A DNA stretch of 64,000 nucleotides, taken from an uncultured virus (IMG/VR IMGVR_UViG_3300028590_000010) (lineage: Duplodnaviria; Heunggongvirae; Uroviricota; Caudoviricetes). This document shows, in pieces, positions 1 to 7,995 of this stretch; position 1 is the stretch's first letter, and every line of letters begins with the position of its first letter. Under the pieces are notes generated by a model. That model made no database searches. It was not told the origin of the DNA and was given only the letters and a program-made list of their open reading frames with translations. The stretch is from IMG/VR virus record IMGVR_UViG_3300028590_000010, one strand, 5' to 3'. Position numbers and translations under genes: made by a program.

Positions 1-72
1 GACCCCTTCGGGCAACAGGACGCGCAGCACCTCACCCTGTCGCATGATGTGCTGCCTGTTCGGTGCGCTCAC
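1..72 (-). CDS. 5' part of a hypothetical protein running off the window edge (MSAPNRQHIMRQGEVLRVLLPEGV...)
   Basis: GTG at 72-70 preceded by GAAGGAGACAG RBS; frame open to position 1. Confidence 0.5.
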   Translation of the reverse strand, partial: MSAPNRQHIMRQGEVLRVLLPEGV

Positions 73-193
73 TGCCTGTCTCCTTCGCTCGATGTTTCAC
101 GTGGAACCAAGAACGATCATGGTCCCGACAACGCACCCCACACCGGGGCGGGGATGCGAAGCCGACAGCACGTCGATGTTTCACGTGGAACAT

Positions 194-646
194 TCAGCCC
201 TGGGCGGCGGTCAGGTACTCGTCGTACTGGTCGCCGAGCCAGGCGTGCAGCGTGGCGCTGATGCGCTGCGCCTCGTAGTAGTGGTCGAGGACGCTCGGGT
301 CGAACCCGCCCGCCTCGTGCGCCTCGGTGATCCACCCCGACAGGGTGGGGTTGTTGTCGTACTGGGAGGCGTCGGCCAGCAGGTCGGCCAGCACCAGGGC
401 GGGCATCGGCTCCCTGCGGTTGCCGCCCGTGGCCCGTCGGCTGTCGGCGGTGATGCCGGGGATGCCGGTGAAGTAGGCGGTGCGTCGGGTGTCGCCGTCG
501 GTGACCCAACGCTCCGGCTCGTTGGAGTTGCGGACGAACACGACGTCCCACACCTCGTGTTCGGTGTACGGTCCGGTGCTCACCTCGTGCGTCCAGAACC
601 AGTGCGTCTCGACGGCGTCGCGTGCGATCAGTTCGGCCAGGGTCAT
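194..646 (-). CDS. Hypothetical protein (150 aa)
   Basis: ORF with ACAGGAGACAG RBS before ATG at 646; flanked by parS copies. Confidence 0.75.
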   Translation of the reverse strand: MTLAELIARDAVETHWFWTHEVSTGPYTEHEVWDVVFVRNSNEPERWVTDGDTRRTAYFTGIPGITADSRRATGGNRREPMPALVLADLLADASQYDNNPTLSGWITEAHEAGGFDPSVLDHYYEAQRISATLHAWLGDQYDEYLTAAQG

Positions 647-698
647 GCCTCTGTCTCCTGTCTCTCGATGTTTCACGTGGAACCAAGAATGATCTTGG

Positions 699-929
699 TC
701 AGTCCTCGTCCTCGTAGCTCTCGTCGGTGAGGCCCCAGCGATAGGCGCAGTCGTAGCTCTCGGTCACGTCCTCCAGGCGGTTGCGGGGAAGCCACTCAGT
801 CGTGCGTCCGCCGTCGAACGAGACCTCCACCTGCTCTTCGCGGGGATCGACCATCACTACGCCTATCTGATCGATGTCGTTGTCGAATGTGACGGTCCGC
901 AGCGTCAGGTCGTCGGGCAGGTCGCCCAT
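699..929 (-). CDS. Hypothetical protein (76 aa, acidic)
   Basis: ORF with GAGAGGGG RBS; between parS copies. Confidence 0.7.
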   Translation of the reverse strand: MGDLPDDLTLRTVTFDNDIDQIGVVMVDPREEQVEVSFDGGRTTEWLPRNRLEDVTESYDCAYRWGLTDESYEDED

Positions 930-1046
930 AGGTACCCCTCTCGTCGATGTTTCACGTGGAACATTGCTCCGTCAGGTCGGGGGAACGTCCCGACCCTGCC
1001 AACGTGGGGCAGGCAGGGGCGGGACGCTCGGCCTGAGGTGACGGGG

Positions 1047-1508
1047 TCAGTCGTGCTGCCCGACGAGCAGCCGCTCCGACTCGGCCCACGAGTAGCCCGG
1101 CTGCCGGTCGGTGATCCGCTTGACGACGTGCCCGTGCTCGCCGCAGAACGGGGCGGCGGGGTGCGTCACCCCGTCGGCGTCGGTCACGGCGATGTAGCGA
1201 TCGGCGTAGCTGTACTCGCAGTCGGTGCAGGCCACCCGCGTCCAGTACTCCGTGTGGTACAGGTTCACCACGGTGCCGCCGACGTCGACGATCATGTCGA
1301 AGCGGCAGTGCTGCCCGTCGGGGTTCACGTCGTGCCACGTGTAGTGCGTCAGCCGGAGCGTCGAGAACATCGAGACGCGCCGGATCTCCAGCTCACGCGT
1401 GACTGGGGTGTGGTAGGGCCACGTGGACTGCGCCATGTCCCGGCGGAACGCGTAGTCGGTGACGGTCTCGGAGTTGTCCCGCACGGTGGCGGGGATGGTC
1501 ACGGTCAT
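1047..1508 (-). CDS. Hypothetical protein (153 aa; CxxC...CxxH possible Zn site)
   Basis: ACAGGAGACAGC-ATG start; CTDC and CGEH motifs. Confidence 0.7.
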   Translation of the reverse strand: MTVTIPATVRDNSETVTDYAFRRDMAQSTWPYHTPVTRELEIRRVSMFSTLRLTHYTWHDVNPDGQHCRFDMIVDVGGTVVNLYHTEYWTRVACTDCEYSYADRYIAVTDADGVTHPAAPFCGEHGHVVKRITDRQPGYSWAESERLLVGQHD

Positions 1509-1549
1509 GCTGTCTCCTGTCGATGTTTCACGTGGAACATTGCTTTCGG

Positions 1550-1789
1550 TCAGGCCCACCGCTGCAACTCGCGCAGCATCGCGGAGTCGGGCGGGTACGG
1601 CCCGAACACTTCCGCGCTGCGCACCCTGTACGCCCCGCGATCCATGCGCACAAGCGGGTAGCGGTACACGCTGACCACGGTTCCGAGCGGGAGGCGGAAG
1701 TAGAGCATCGGCCCCCTGTCGTACACGTTGTGCCCGCGCTTCCGGTGGCGCAGCAATGTGCGCCGATTGCGCTTGGTCAGACTCCCCAC
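1550..1789 (-). CDS. Hypothetical basic protein (79 aa)
   Basis: ORF filling the interval between two parS copies; GGAAGG RBS. Confidence 0.6.
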   Translation of the reverse strand: MGSLTKRNRRTLLRHRKRGHNVYDRGPMLYFRLPLGTVVSVYRYPLVRMDRGAYRVRSAEVFGPYPPDSAMLRELQRWA

Positions 1790-1823
1790 AGACTGTCGCC
1801 CTTCCTGGTTTCACGTGGAACAT

Positions 1824-2042
1824 TCAGTCGGCGGCGAGTACCGCCTTGGCCCACGCCTCACGGTCAGCCCGTTCCTCAGCGTCCACCTTGGCCCGCCACT
1901 TCCTGTAGCTGCCGCCGGTGCTGGCCTCGACCCACTCCGCGTGGGACGCGTAGCCGTACCGCTGCGCCGCCCGGTCGTACAGGTAGGTCAGGTACTCGGC
2001 GTCCGTCATGGACTCGTCGTACGTCACCGGCTCGAAGGGCAT
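1824..2042 (-). CDS. Hypothetical protein (72 aa)
   Basis: GGAGACAGAC-ATG start directly after a parS copy. Confidence 0.7.
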   Translation of the reverse strand: MPFEPVTYDESMTDAEYLTYLYDRAAQRYGYASHAEWVEASTGGSYRKWRAKVDAEERADREAWAKAVLAAD

Positions 2043-2085
2043 GTCTGTCTCCGTTTCACGTGGAACAATCACGCGTGCTTGTTTC

Positions 2086-2346
2086 TCAGCGCTGGCCCAG
2101 CGTGCGGCGCTTGCGCGGGGGCGCGCTCACGGACGTGGACTCGCCGGTGCTGCGCTCGATCTTGAGCTGATAGAACTTCGTGTGCCCGGTCTTGTCCCGG
2201 TGCTCGTCGAACCACTGCCACCAGGCCGGGTTGTCGACCTGCGTCAGCGGGCCGGACTCGTCGCACTCGCGGCACGCGTTCGCGCGGAACTCCACGTGCC
2301 GTGCGTCGGGGTCGATGGACAGCATGCGCTGTACGTCGGCGCTCAT
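2086..2346 (-). CDS. Hypothetical protein, CxxC...H...H Zn-ribbon-like (86 aa)
   Basis: AAGGAGGAG RBS; CREC...EHRDKTGH. Confidence 0.65.
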   Translation of the reverse strand: MSADVQRMLSIDPDARHVEFRANACRECDESGPLTQVDNPAWWQWFDEHRDKTGHTKFYQLKIERSTGESTSVSAPPRKRRTLGQR

Positions 2347-2540
2347 CTGGTCTCCTCCTTCTTCAGAATCCACCACGTGTTCAGGTGACCCGACGGGACC
2401 ACCCTGACGCGGACGAACAAGCCGGGCCGCAGCCTCTCGCGCTCGTGCTTGTAGCGCATCGCGGTTGACCACGCTGTCTCCCATCCCTGGTCGCTGGTAA
2501 CGAACTCCCACCCCTCAGGGATACGCGACGACTTGATCAT
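2343..2540 (-). CDS. Hypothetical protein (65 aa)
   Basis: GAAGGA RBS; stop overlaps next start (ATGA). Confidence 0.6.
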   Translation of the reverse strand: MIKSSRIPEGWEFVTSDQGWETAWSTAMRYKHERERLRPGLFVRVRVVPSGHLNTWWILKKEETR

Positions 2541-2634
2541 GCGTTGGTCCTTCGTCCATGCCACGGGGCGAACCCCCGATGTTCCACGTGAAACATACGG
2601 GACCATCGGGAGTCGCCCCGAAGCCGGGCGACGG

Positions 2635-2898
2635 TTACAGCGGCGTCGGCATCACGGCCACACCGGTCCGCTCGTACGTGCGCAGGGCGTCAAGCGCCCG
2701 CTCGTACGAGAGGGAGCCGAGGGAGCCCATCGAGACCACCGCACGGGCGAACGGGTTGTGCCGCTGCACCAGCCGGTCGAGGGCCGACATCAGGGTGACC
2801 CCGTCCGTCTCGTCGAGCAGCACCTTGGAGCGGAACATCACGACCGAGTCGTCCCACCCGCTCAGCACGGGGAGCGGGTTGTTCTTGCGTCGGAGCAT
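2635..2898 (-). CDS. Hypothetical protein (87 aa)
   Basis: CAGGAGG RBS, GC-rich third positions. Confidence 0.65.
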   Translation of the reverse strand: MLRRKNNPLPVLSGWDDSVVMFRSKVLLDETDGVTLMSALDRLVQRHNPFARAVVSMGSLGSLSYERALDALRTYERTGVAVMPTPL

Positions 2899-2919
2899 CG
2901 TTGGTCCTCCTGTCACCTG

Positions 2920-3327
2920 TCAGCGGATGTCGGCGTAGCCCAGCGCGGCGCAGTTCGCCACGCCCATGCGCGCCGTCCACTCGATCATCTGGTTGCCGTT
3001 GCGGAAGTTGTCCGTGATCACGTCGCCGCGCGTCTCGCGCACCACCAGGACCATGTCGCCCGTCCGCCACGCCGTCTCGCAGTCGGCGGCGCGCTGCTCG
3101 TCGGAGTAGCCCACGTACCACGCGACAGCGGCCTCTTCGTGCGTGCCGTTCGACATGCACTCGCTGACGTACTCCGGGTCGGTGGTGAAGCCCGTCTCGC
3201 ACACGTAGTCGGAGCCCTCCGCCGACGGGGCGAGCAGCACGCCACCCGCCACCAGGAGGGCCGCCGACAGCGCCCCGAACACCAGTCCGAGCCGACCTTT
3301 GCGCGCCTTGTGGTTCATCATGTCCAT
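2920..3327 (-). CDS. Secreted or membrane-anchored protein (signal peptide, 4 Cys)
   Basis: Basic N-region + hydrophobic LGLVFGALSAALLVAGGVLLA + AEG cleavage-like site; ACAGGAGAC RBS. Confidence 0.7.
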   Translation of the reverse strand: MDMMNHKARKGRLGLVFGALSAALLVAGGVLLAPSAEGSDYVCETGFTTDPEYVSECMSNGTHEEAAVAWYVGYSDEQRAADCETAWRTGDMVLVVRETRGDVITDNFRNGNQMIEWTARMGVANCAALGYADIR

Positions 3328-3339
3328 GTCTCCTGTCTC

Positions 3340-3819
3340 TCACATTGCAAGCAGGATGCCCGGCTTGCGCTGTGTCAACGCACCCTTGCGCGGGTGCAGT
3401 TCGTCCCCGTCCAACGGGGTCGGGCAAAGGAAGCCGTGCGTCAGCATGCGCGTCAGCACGGGATGCCCATCGCCGTAACGCACCGCCACACTCTTCAACT
3501 TGATCATCCGGTACTCAGGACCGGAGTCCTCGTTCTCCGGCGTGCGGTCAACCACCCGCACAATGTGGTCGCCACTGTCCGTCGTCGCCAGCTCATACGG
3601 CTCGACAACCCGCGTCACCTTCACGAACACAGGGTTGCCGTAGTCGTCGACCACAGGCTTACGGCGCGCATCCTTCTTCCGCTTGAAGAACGACACACGC
3701 ACCGGACAACGATGATCGATCGCCGACTTGAACGCGAACCACACATCCAACTGGTCGCGCTCGTCGGTCGCCATGCGGAACCCGTACACGGGCCCGACCT
3801 CCCTAGAAACACACGTCAC
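3340..3819 (-). CDS. Stand-alone WYL-domain-like protein
   Basis: Pattern AIDHRCPVRVSF...TRVVEPYEL...VRVVDR...YRMIKLKSV fits the WYL consensus (AI..r..v.f.Y...R.v.Py.l...a.d....r.frldri). Confidence 0.6.
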   Translation of the reverse strand: MTCVSREVGPVYGFRMATDERDQLDVWFAFKSAIDHRCPVRVSFFKRKKDARRKPVVDDYGNPVFVKVTRVVEPYELATTDSGDHIVRVVDRTPENEDSGPEYRMIKLKSVAVRYGDGHPVLTRMLTHGFLCPTPLDGDELHPRKGALTQRKPGILLAM

Positions 3820-4252
3820 CGTGCGGGGGCACCGTCTGTCGCACCCGCTTGTTGCCGTCCTTGTCCACCTCGTGCAGCTCGATCGAGTTGTCCGCGCAGA
3901 AAACCTCCCCCGTCGCGCTCACACTCGTGTCCGGACGCCACTGCGGCTCAACCTCACGCCGGTAACGCAGGTGCGCCCGATACCGGGACAACGCCCGGCC
4001 CATCGCCGCAACCTGCTCCGGGGAGAAGAACCAGTCACCCGACCAGTCACCCGACCCCGCGTACGGAATCGACACCCGTTCCATCTCGGCCGGACCCGGC
4101 ACCGTGTTGCCCCACGCACCACACCGACGGATCATGCCCGTGTCCAGCGCCCAACGGAGCATCCCCATCGCCGTGTGAAAGCGCATCGGCTCCGGCGGCG
4201 GAACCTTCACCCCGTTGCGCACGATCCAGTACTTACCCTGCACCACGTACAC
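3803..4252 (-). CDS. Hypothetical protein (149 aa)
   Basis: GAGGAG RBS before GTG at 4252. Confidence 0.65.
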   Translation of the reverse strand: MYVVQGKYWIVRNGVKVPPPEPMRFHTAMGMLRWALDTGMIRRCGAWGNTVPGPAEMERVSIPYAGSGDWSGDWFFSPEQVAAMGRALSRYRAHLRYRREVEPQWRPDTSVSATGEVFCADNSIELHEVDKDGNKRVRQTVPPHGDVCF

Positions 4253-4330
4253 AGTCCGTCTCCTCTCGTATGCGGACAGAGGGCCCAATGTTCCACGTGA
4301 AACATTGAGCCCGCGACCCGCACAGTCAGG

Positions 4331-4552
4331 TCACTTGAACGCGAAACACGCCCGGTAGACGAACTGACCCGCCACGCTGGTCTGGTTCGTCACCCGACGC
4401 CACACACCCAGGTTGAAGCCCTGCGCCCTCGCCCACTGCGCAGCAGCAGCATCCGCCGTACGCGTTGCCCGCTTCGCCTTCGGCAAGGGCCCCCGCACCG
4501 TCACCCACAGAGCACGATCCTTGCGCTCGATGGACACCATCAGTCCCGCCAT
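4331..4552 (-). CDS. Hypothetical protein (73 aa)
   Basis: AGGTGA RBS; flanked by parS copies. Confidence 0.6.
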   Translation of the reverse strand: MAGLMVSIERKDRALWVTVRGPLPKAKRATRTADAAAAQWARAQGFNLGVWRRVTNQTSVAGQFVYRACFAFK

Positions 4553-4637
4553 GTCACCTATCACCTTCCATGTGGACACTGAGCGCAGCGCCCGCACGCG
4601 ATGTTTCACGTGGAACACTGCGCCCCGAACCCACACG

Positions 4638-5177
4638 TCAGTCGAGCTGCAACTTTCCCCGCCGGTCGATCCAGTGCAACACCTTGCAGGTGCTGCGGAT
4701 CGGATGCCAGCACGAGAAACACAGAGCGCGCTCCTCACCTGTCGGCACCGGGCCGAACGTCACTCGCCACACGGTTCCTCCGCCTTCGTACGTATGTGAC
4801 GGTTCTACACGCACGTCCGAAGACTCACCCGTGAGCATGAGAACCAGTTGACCCGGCTCGTTGTCAGCGCAACCGTCGCACCTCGTATACGTGTGCTTGG
4901 CCAGCTCCGCACGGTGCGCGATCTCCTCCGCCGTGCGCAGCCGGTACACCATGATCGCCGCCAGATGCGGCGATTTGTACGTGTCCAGGTCCATGGACAC
5001 GAACGACACCCGCGTACCCTTGGCAGGCTTCAGCTCAGCGCGCACACATGCCGCCGCAGCACGCTTGGCCAGCGTCGTCGACTGATCGCGCGTCACTCGC
5101 CAGAACACGCGCACGTGGTGCGTGCCGTTCATCCGGCCCGTGCCCGCATACTCCGTCGTGATCATCTCGTCCGCCAT
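4638..5177 (-). CDS. Hypothetical protein with two CxxC motifs (179 aa)
   Basis: GGAGG RBS; CDGC...CFSC. Confidence 0.6.
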   Translation of the reverse strand: MADEMITTEYAGTGRMNGTHHVRVFWRVTRDQSTTLAKRAAAACVRAELKPAKGTRVSFVSMDLDTYKSPHLAAIMVYRLRTAEEIAHRAELAKHTYTRCDGCADNEPGQLVLMLTGESSDVRVEPSHTYEGGGTVWRVTFGPVPTGEERALCFSCWHPIRSTCKVLHWIDRRGKLQLD

Positions 5178-5437
5178 CAGCCCTCCAACGGTGCCACGTG
5201 CACCGGACGGCCCGACAGTCGGGCCGCCAACGCGTGCGCGTCGTCCTCCGTCATCGGCTCCCCGTACGCCCGTCGCGTGTGCGCACCGTCGTACCGGAAG
5301 ACACCCCAGCACTGGCCGCCGTCGCCGCCGACGAACTGCACCCGGTAACCCTCCGGGCCCGTGAACACCCACCGATTGCAGATGAACGACATCCCGTTCG
5401 GGTCCCCCGTCGGGTAGTCGATACTGCGCTCCGCCAT
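5177..5437 (-). CDS. Hypothetical protein (86 aa)
   Basis: GGAAGGTGA RBS; coupled to downstream gene. Confidence 0.65.
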   Translation of the reverse strand: MAERSIDYPTGDPNGMSFICNRWVFTGPEGYRVQFVGGDGGQCWGVFRYDGAHTRRAYGEPMTEDDAHALAARLSGRPVHVAPLEG

Positions 5438-5513
5438 CTGCTGTCACCTTCCTGAGTCGGGACCGGGCGCGCATGTTCCACGTGAAACATGCGCCCCGGA
5501 CACATCAGGACGG

Positions 5514-6281
5514 TCAGTCGCCCACGTTGCCGTCACACTCAGGCACATCGCACCCGTAGTTCATGCCAGGGCCGCACGTGTGCGCCGGTTCGGCGGCAGG
5601 TGCCAGCACTCCGCCCGACACCCACTCGTGCACGATCTCCGTCGTGCCCGCACGGTGCGCGGACACCGACACGGACCCGTCGCCCCACACGATGCGCGTG
5701 AACTCGAACGCCGAACCGTTGTAGCGGCGCACGTACCGGTACACGTAATCGCCCCGATAACCACCCGGCACACTGCGCAGCCGGTAGCGCTCCGTACGCG
5801 TGACCGCACTGCGCCCCAACGCGGGCGGGTGCGGACCCATCCACGCCACAGTCACGTCCGCGCCGGGCGGGAACTCCACGGGCATGAACGACTCCAGCGC
5901 GGACAGATACGCCGGGGCCGCCGAGTCGTGGCGGTACAGCGCCGCGTACTCGCGCCACGTACGTACGTCCTCGTGCGTGCGCGCCCGGTTCAGCCGGTCA
6001 CACCGCGCGGATGCAGCGGCGAACGTGGGCCACGACTCGATGCCCGCGTGCCCGTGCGTCGGCCGGTGCTCATGCCGACCGGAGAACATGCGCACGTCGA
6101 ACGGTCCGTCAGGGTAGACGCGCGTCTGCACCGTGACCGTGCCGTTCGGCGCGATGTTCGGCTTGGACGACACGACTGCGAACGGCATACCCCCGTCGTC
6201 CAAGAGCACCTGCCCGGACCGCAGATAGCGCGGGGCCATCGTGCGCGGATTCATTTCATACACGCCAACCACACTCCTCAC
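5514..6281 (-). CDS. Hypothetical protein (start uncertain, possibly 6263)
   Basis: Long ORF on the co-oriented strand; GAGGAG RBS. Confidence 0.6.
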   Translation of the reverse strand: MRSVVGVYEMNPRTMAPRYLRSGQVLLDDGGMPFAVVSSKPNIAPNGTVTVQTRVYPDGPFDVRMFSGRHEHRPTHGHAGIESWPTFAAASARCDRLNRARTHEDVRTWREYAALYRHDSAAPAYLSALESFMPVEFPPGADVTVAWMGPHPPALGRSAVTRTERYRLRSVPGGYRGDYVYRYVRRYNGSAFEFTRIVWGDGSVSVSAHRAGTTEIVHEWVSGGVLAPAAEPAHTCGPGMNYGCDVPECDGNVGD

Positions 6282-6361
6282 CTGTCACCTGTCTCGGGGT
6301 GAGACAAGACCGGGACGGCACGGACATCGCAGTCCGTGCCGCCCGGAGATCGGATCACCCC

Positions 6362-6736
6362 CTAGACCGCAGCAGCCTCCGCCGCGATCGTGTCGCAGTC
6401 ACACCCCTCGCCCACGATGTCACCGCACGGCAGGCGCATGGACCACTCCGCCCCGATGCAGGGGACCGAGTACGACACCCCGTGAACGGGCCGACGCAAG
6501 GCACCCAGCACGTAGCGCCCGGTCTCGGTCTCGGCGCACTCCGGGTCGCTCTCGTCCCGCATCGACTCGACCAGCACCGAACCACAGCAGCGCCAGACGA
6601 GCCGGACACGCCCGTGGTACGGCGTCCCCCGAAACTTGACCACGTGCCCCGGGTCGGCCCATACCGGCCACCTGCTGGGGTCTACCGGCTTGCCCTCCGG
6701 GACACAGCGGTGACGTGCGTAACTCCCCATAGCCAA
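6362..6736 (-). CDS. Hypothetical Cys-rich protein
   Basis: 124-aa ORF co-oriented with neighbours. Confidence 0.5.
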   Translation of the reverse strand: MAMGSYARHRCVPEGKPVDPSRWPVWADPGHVVKFRGTPYHGRVRLVWRCCGSVLVESMRDESDPECAETETGRYVLGALRRPVHGVSYSVPCIGAEWSMRLPCGDIVGEGCDCDTIAAEAAAV

Positions 6737-7044
6737 CCCCTCACACCGTCTTGATCATGAACAGAATCATGACCACCGTCACGAACCGGCCCACCCTCAG
6801 GCACCGGTCAACGCCTGTCTTGACGCGTGACACAGCCACGCTTACGCCCTGACTTACCGTCACGGCCACCCCTGTCACTTGTCCTCCGGGGTCACCACGA
6901 TGGCAATCAGCAAGATCACCGAACACGCGATGACTACCCACATGTCAACCCGCACGGACAACCAACCCCCTTACCAGGCCGGACGGCCTGAGGGACCGTA
7001 GGGCTACGAGGAATCCGCGCCCTACGGTCCGACCACTGCCCGGA

Positions 7045-7995
7045 CTACTTACCGCGCTTACGCTCCGCGATACGGGCCTGCGCCTTGCGCTCCGCGTTCA
7101 CCTTGCGCCGGTGCCGACGCTTGGATGCAGGAGTGCGACGGGCGGACGACTGCACGAACCCGTCACGGTCTGCGGCATCCGGAACGATGGTCCGGTCAAC
7201 GCGCTCCCGGAGGGAACCGTCAAGTCGCGGGGATGCGGGCTCGATGGCACCGGTCACAGGGTTGCGCCACGTACGCCGAGGGGCATCCGGGTTCGGTTCT
7301 GCGATCGGGGCACCGACGAGACAGTTGGGCAAGTCACCCGTAGGGCGCTCCCAATCCGTCACCTGACCATCGGTCGCTTCCATGTTGGGACCCTGAACCA
7401 GCGCGACACCATCGGACATGCCATGGTCACGCTGCCCGATCGGGGACCGCTCAGCCTTGGGGACCATGCCCCCGATGCTCTTGGCGGACACGTCAAGTCG
7501 ACGTGCCAGCGCAAGCGCTTCGTCGTCGCGACCATCACGAGTGAGGTCAACGATCACCGGATTGATCTTGGACGCCTCACCGAACAACGGCTTCAATTCA
7601 GCCGTACGCCGTCGCTCAGCGTCTTTCGGGTCACCCTGAGTAAGACCGGTCGCCACGTTGTCAGTGGTCGGCTCACTCAGTTCCTTGCCACGCTTGCGCG
7701 TGTCTTCCGCCATCCGGATCGTGCACGTCTTGCAGCGCTGCCTCTTAGAAGGGGCGAGACGCTGCGAGTCCATGACGCGACCGCAGACAGCTTTGACCGA
7801 CTCGTCACCGTCGGGCCTGACCGGAATGAGGAACGCGTGTTCCATACCGGAGGAATAGCCCAACCACAACGGGGACGGAACCTCGTTCTTGACCGAGAAC
7901 GGCGTGATACGCGCGCTCTCGTGCGCCGGAACGGCAACGATCTTGGGGAGTTCCCGGATCGCAGCAGCCGGACGCGTGTGCGCCAACTTGCGCAT
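7045..7995 (-). CDS. Hypothetical protein (316 aa) with H-C-CxxC Zn-finger-like motif and Arg/Lys-rich C-terminus
   Basis: ACAGGAGACAGTT-ATG; EHAF...AVCG...RCKTC; C-terminal SKRRHRRKVNAERK. Confidence 0.65.
   Translation of the reverse strand: MRKLAHTRPAAAIRELPKIVAVPAHESARITPFSVKNEVPSPLWLGYSSGMEHAFLIPVRPDGDESVKAVCGRVMDSQRLAPSKRQRCKTCTIRMAEDTRKRGKELSEPTTDNVATGLTQGDPKDAERRRTAELKPLFGEASKINPVIVDLTRDGRDDEALALARRLDVSAKSIGGMVPKAERSPIGQRDHGMSDGVALVQGPNMEATDGQVTDWERPTGDLPNCLVGAPIAEPNPDAPRRTWRNPVTGAIEPASPRLDGSLRERVDRTIVPDAADRDGFVQSSARRTPASKRRHRRKVNAERKAQARIAERKRGK

Larger units (their letters stand above)
93..5489. repeat. parS: Array of 11 parS-like 16-bp palindromes (TGTTTCACGTGGAACA / TGTTCCACGTGAAACA)
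   Basis: Copies at 93-108, 177-192, 669-684, 948-963, 1524-1539, 1807-1822, 2052-2067, 2580-2595 (rev), 4289-4304 (rev), 4602-4617, 5474-5489 (rev). All share the 14-bp core GTTTCACGTGGAAC, and 7 are exact 16-mers matching the bacterial parS consensus TGTTNCACGTGAAACA. All are intergenic. Confidence 0.85.

Noticed and set aside
2533..4308. Long ORFs antisense to real genes (e.g. 2533-4308, 12785-14425, 17774-19714, 39586-41436, 55301-57241, 56997-58823)
   Set aside because: Shadow ORFs typical of high-GC DNA: low-complexity Arg/Gly/Val/His-rich translations, no RBS, and complete overlap with well-supported genes on the other strand.
4564..4579. Additional degenerate parS (CCTTCCATGTGGACAC)
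   Set aside because: Too many mismatches to the otherwise invariant 14-bp core.
93..5489. CRISPR array interpretation of the 16-bp repeats
   Set aside because: Repeats are too short, occur in both orientations and are spaced irregularly (84-1709 bp) by whole genes; no cas operon.
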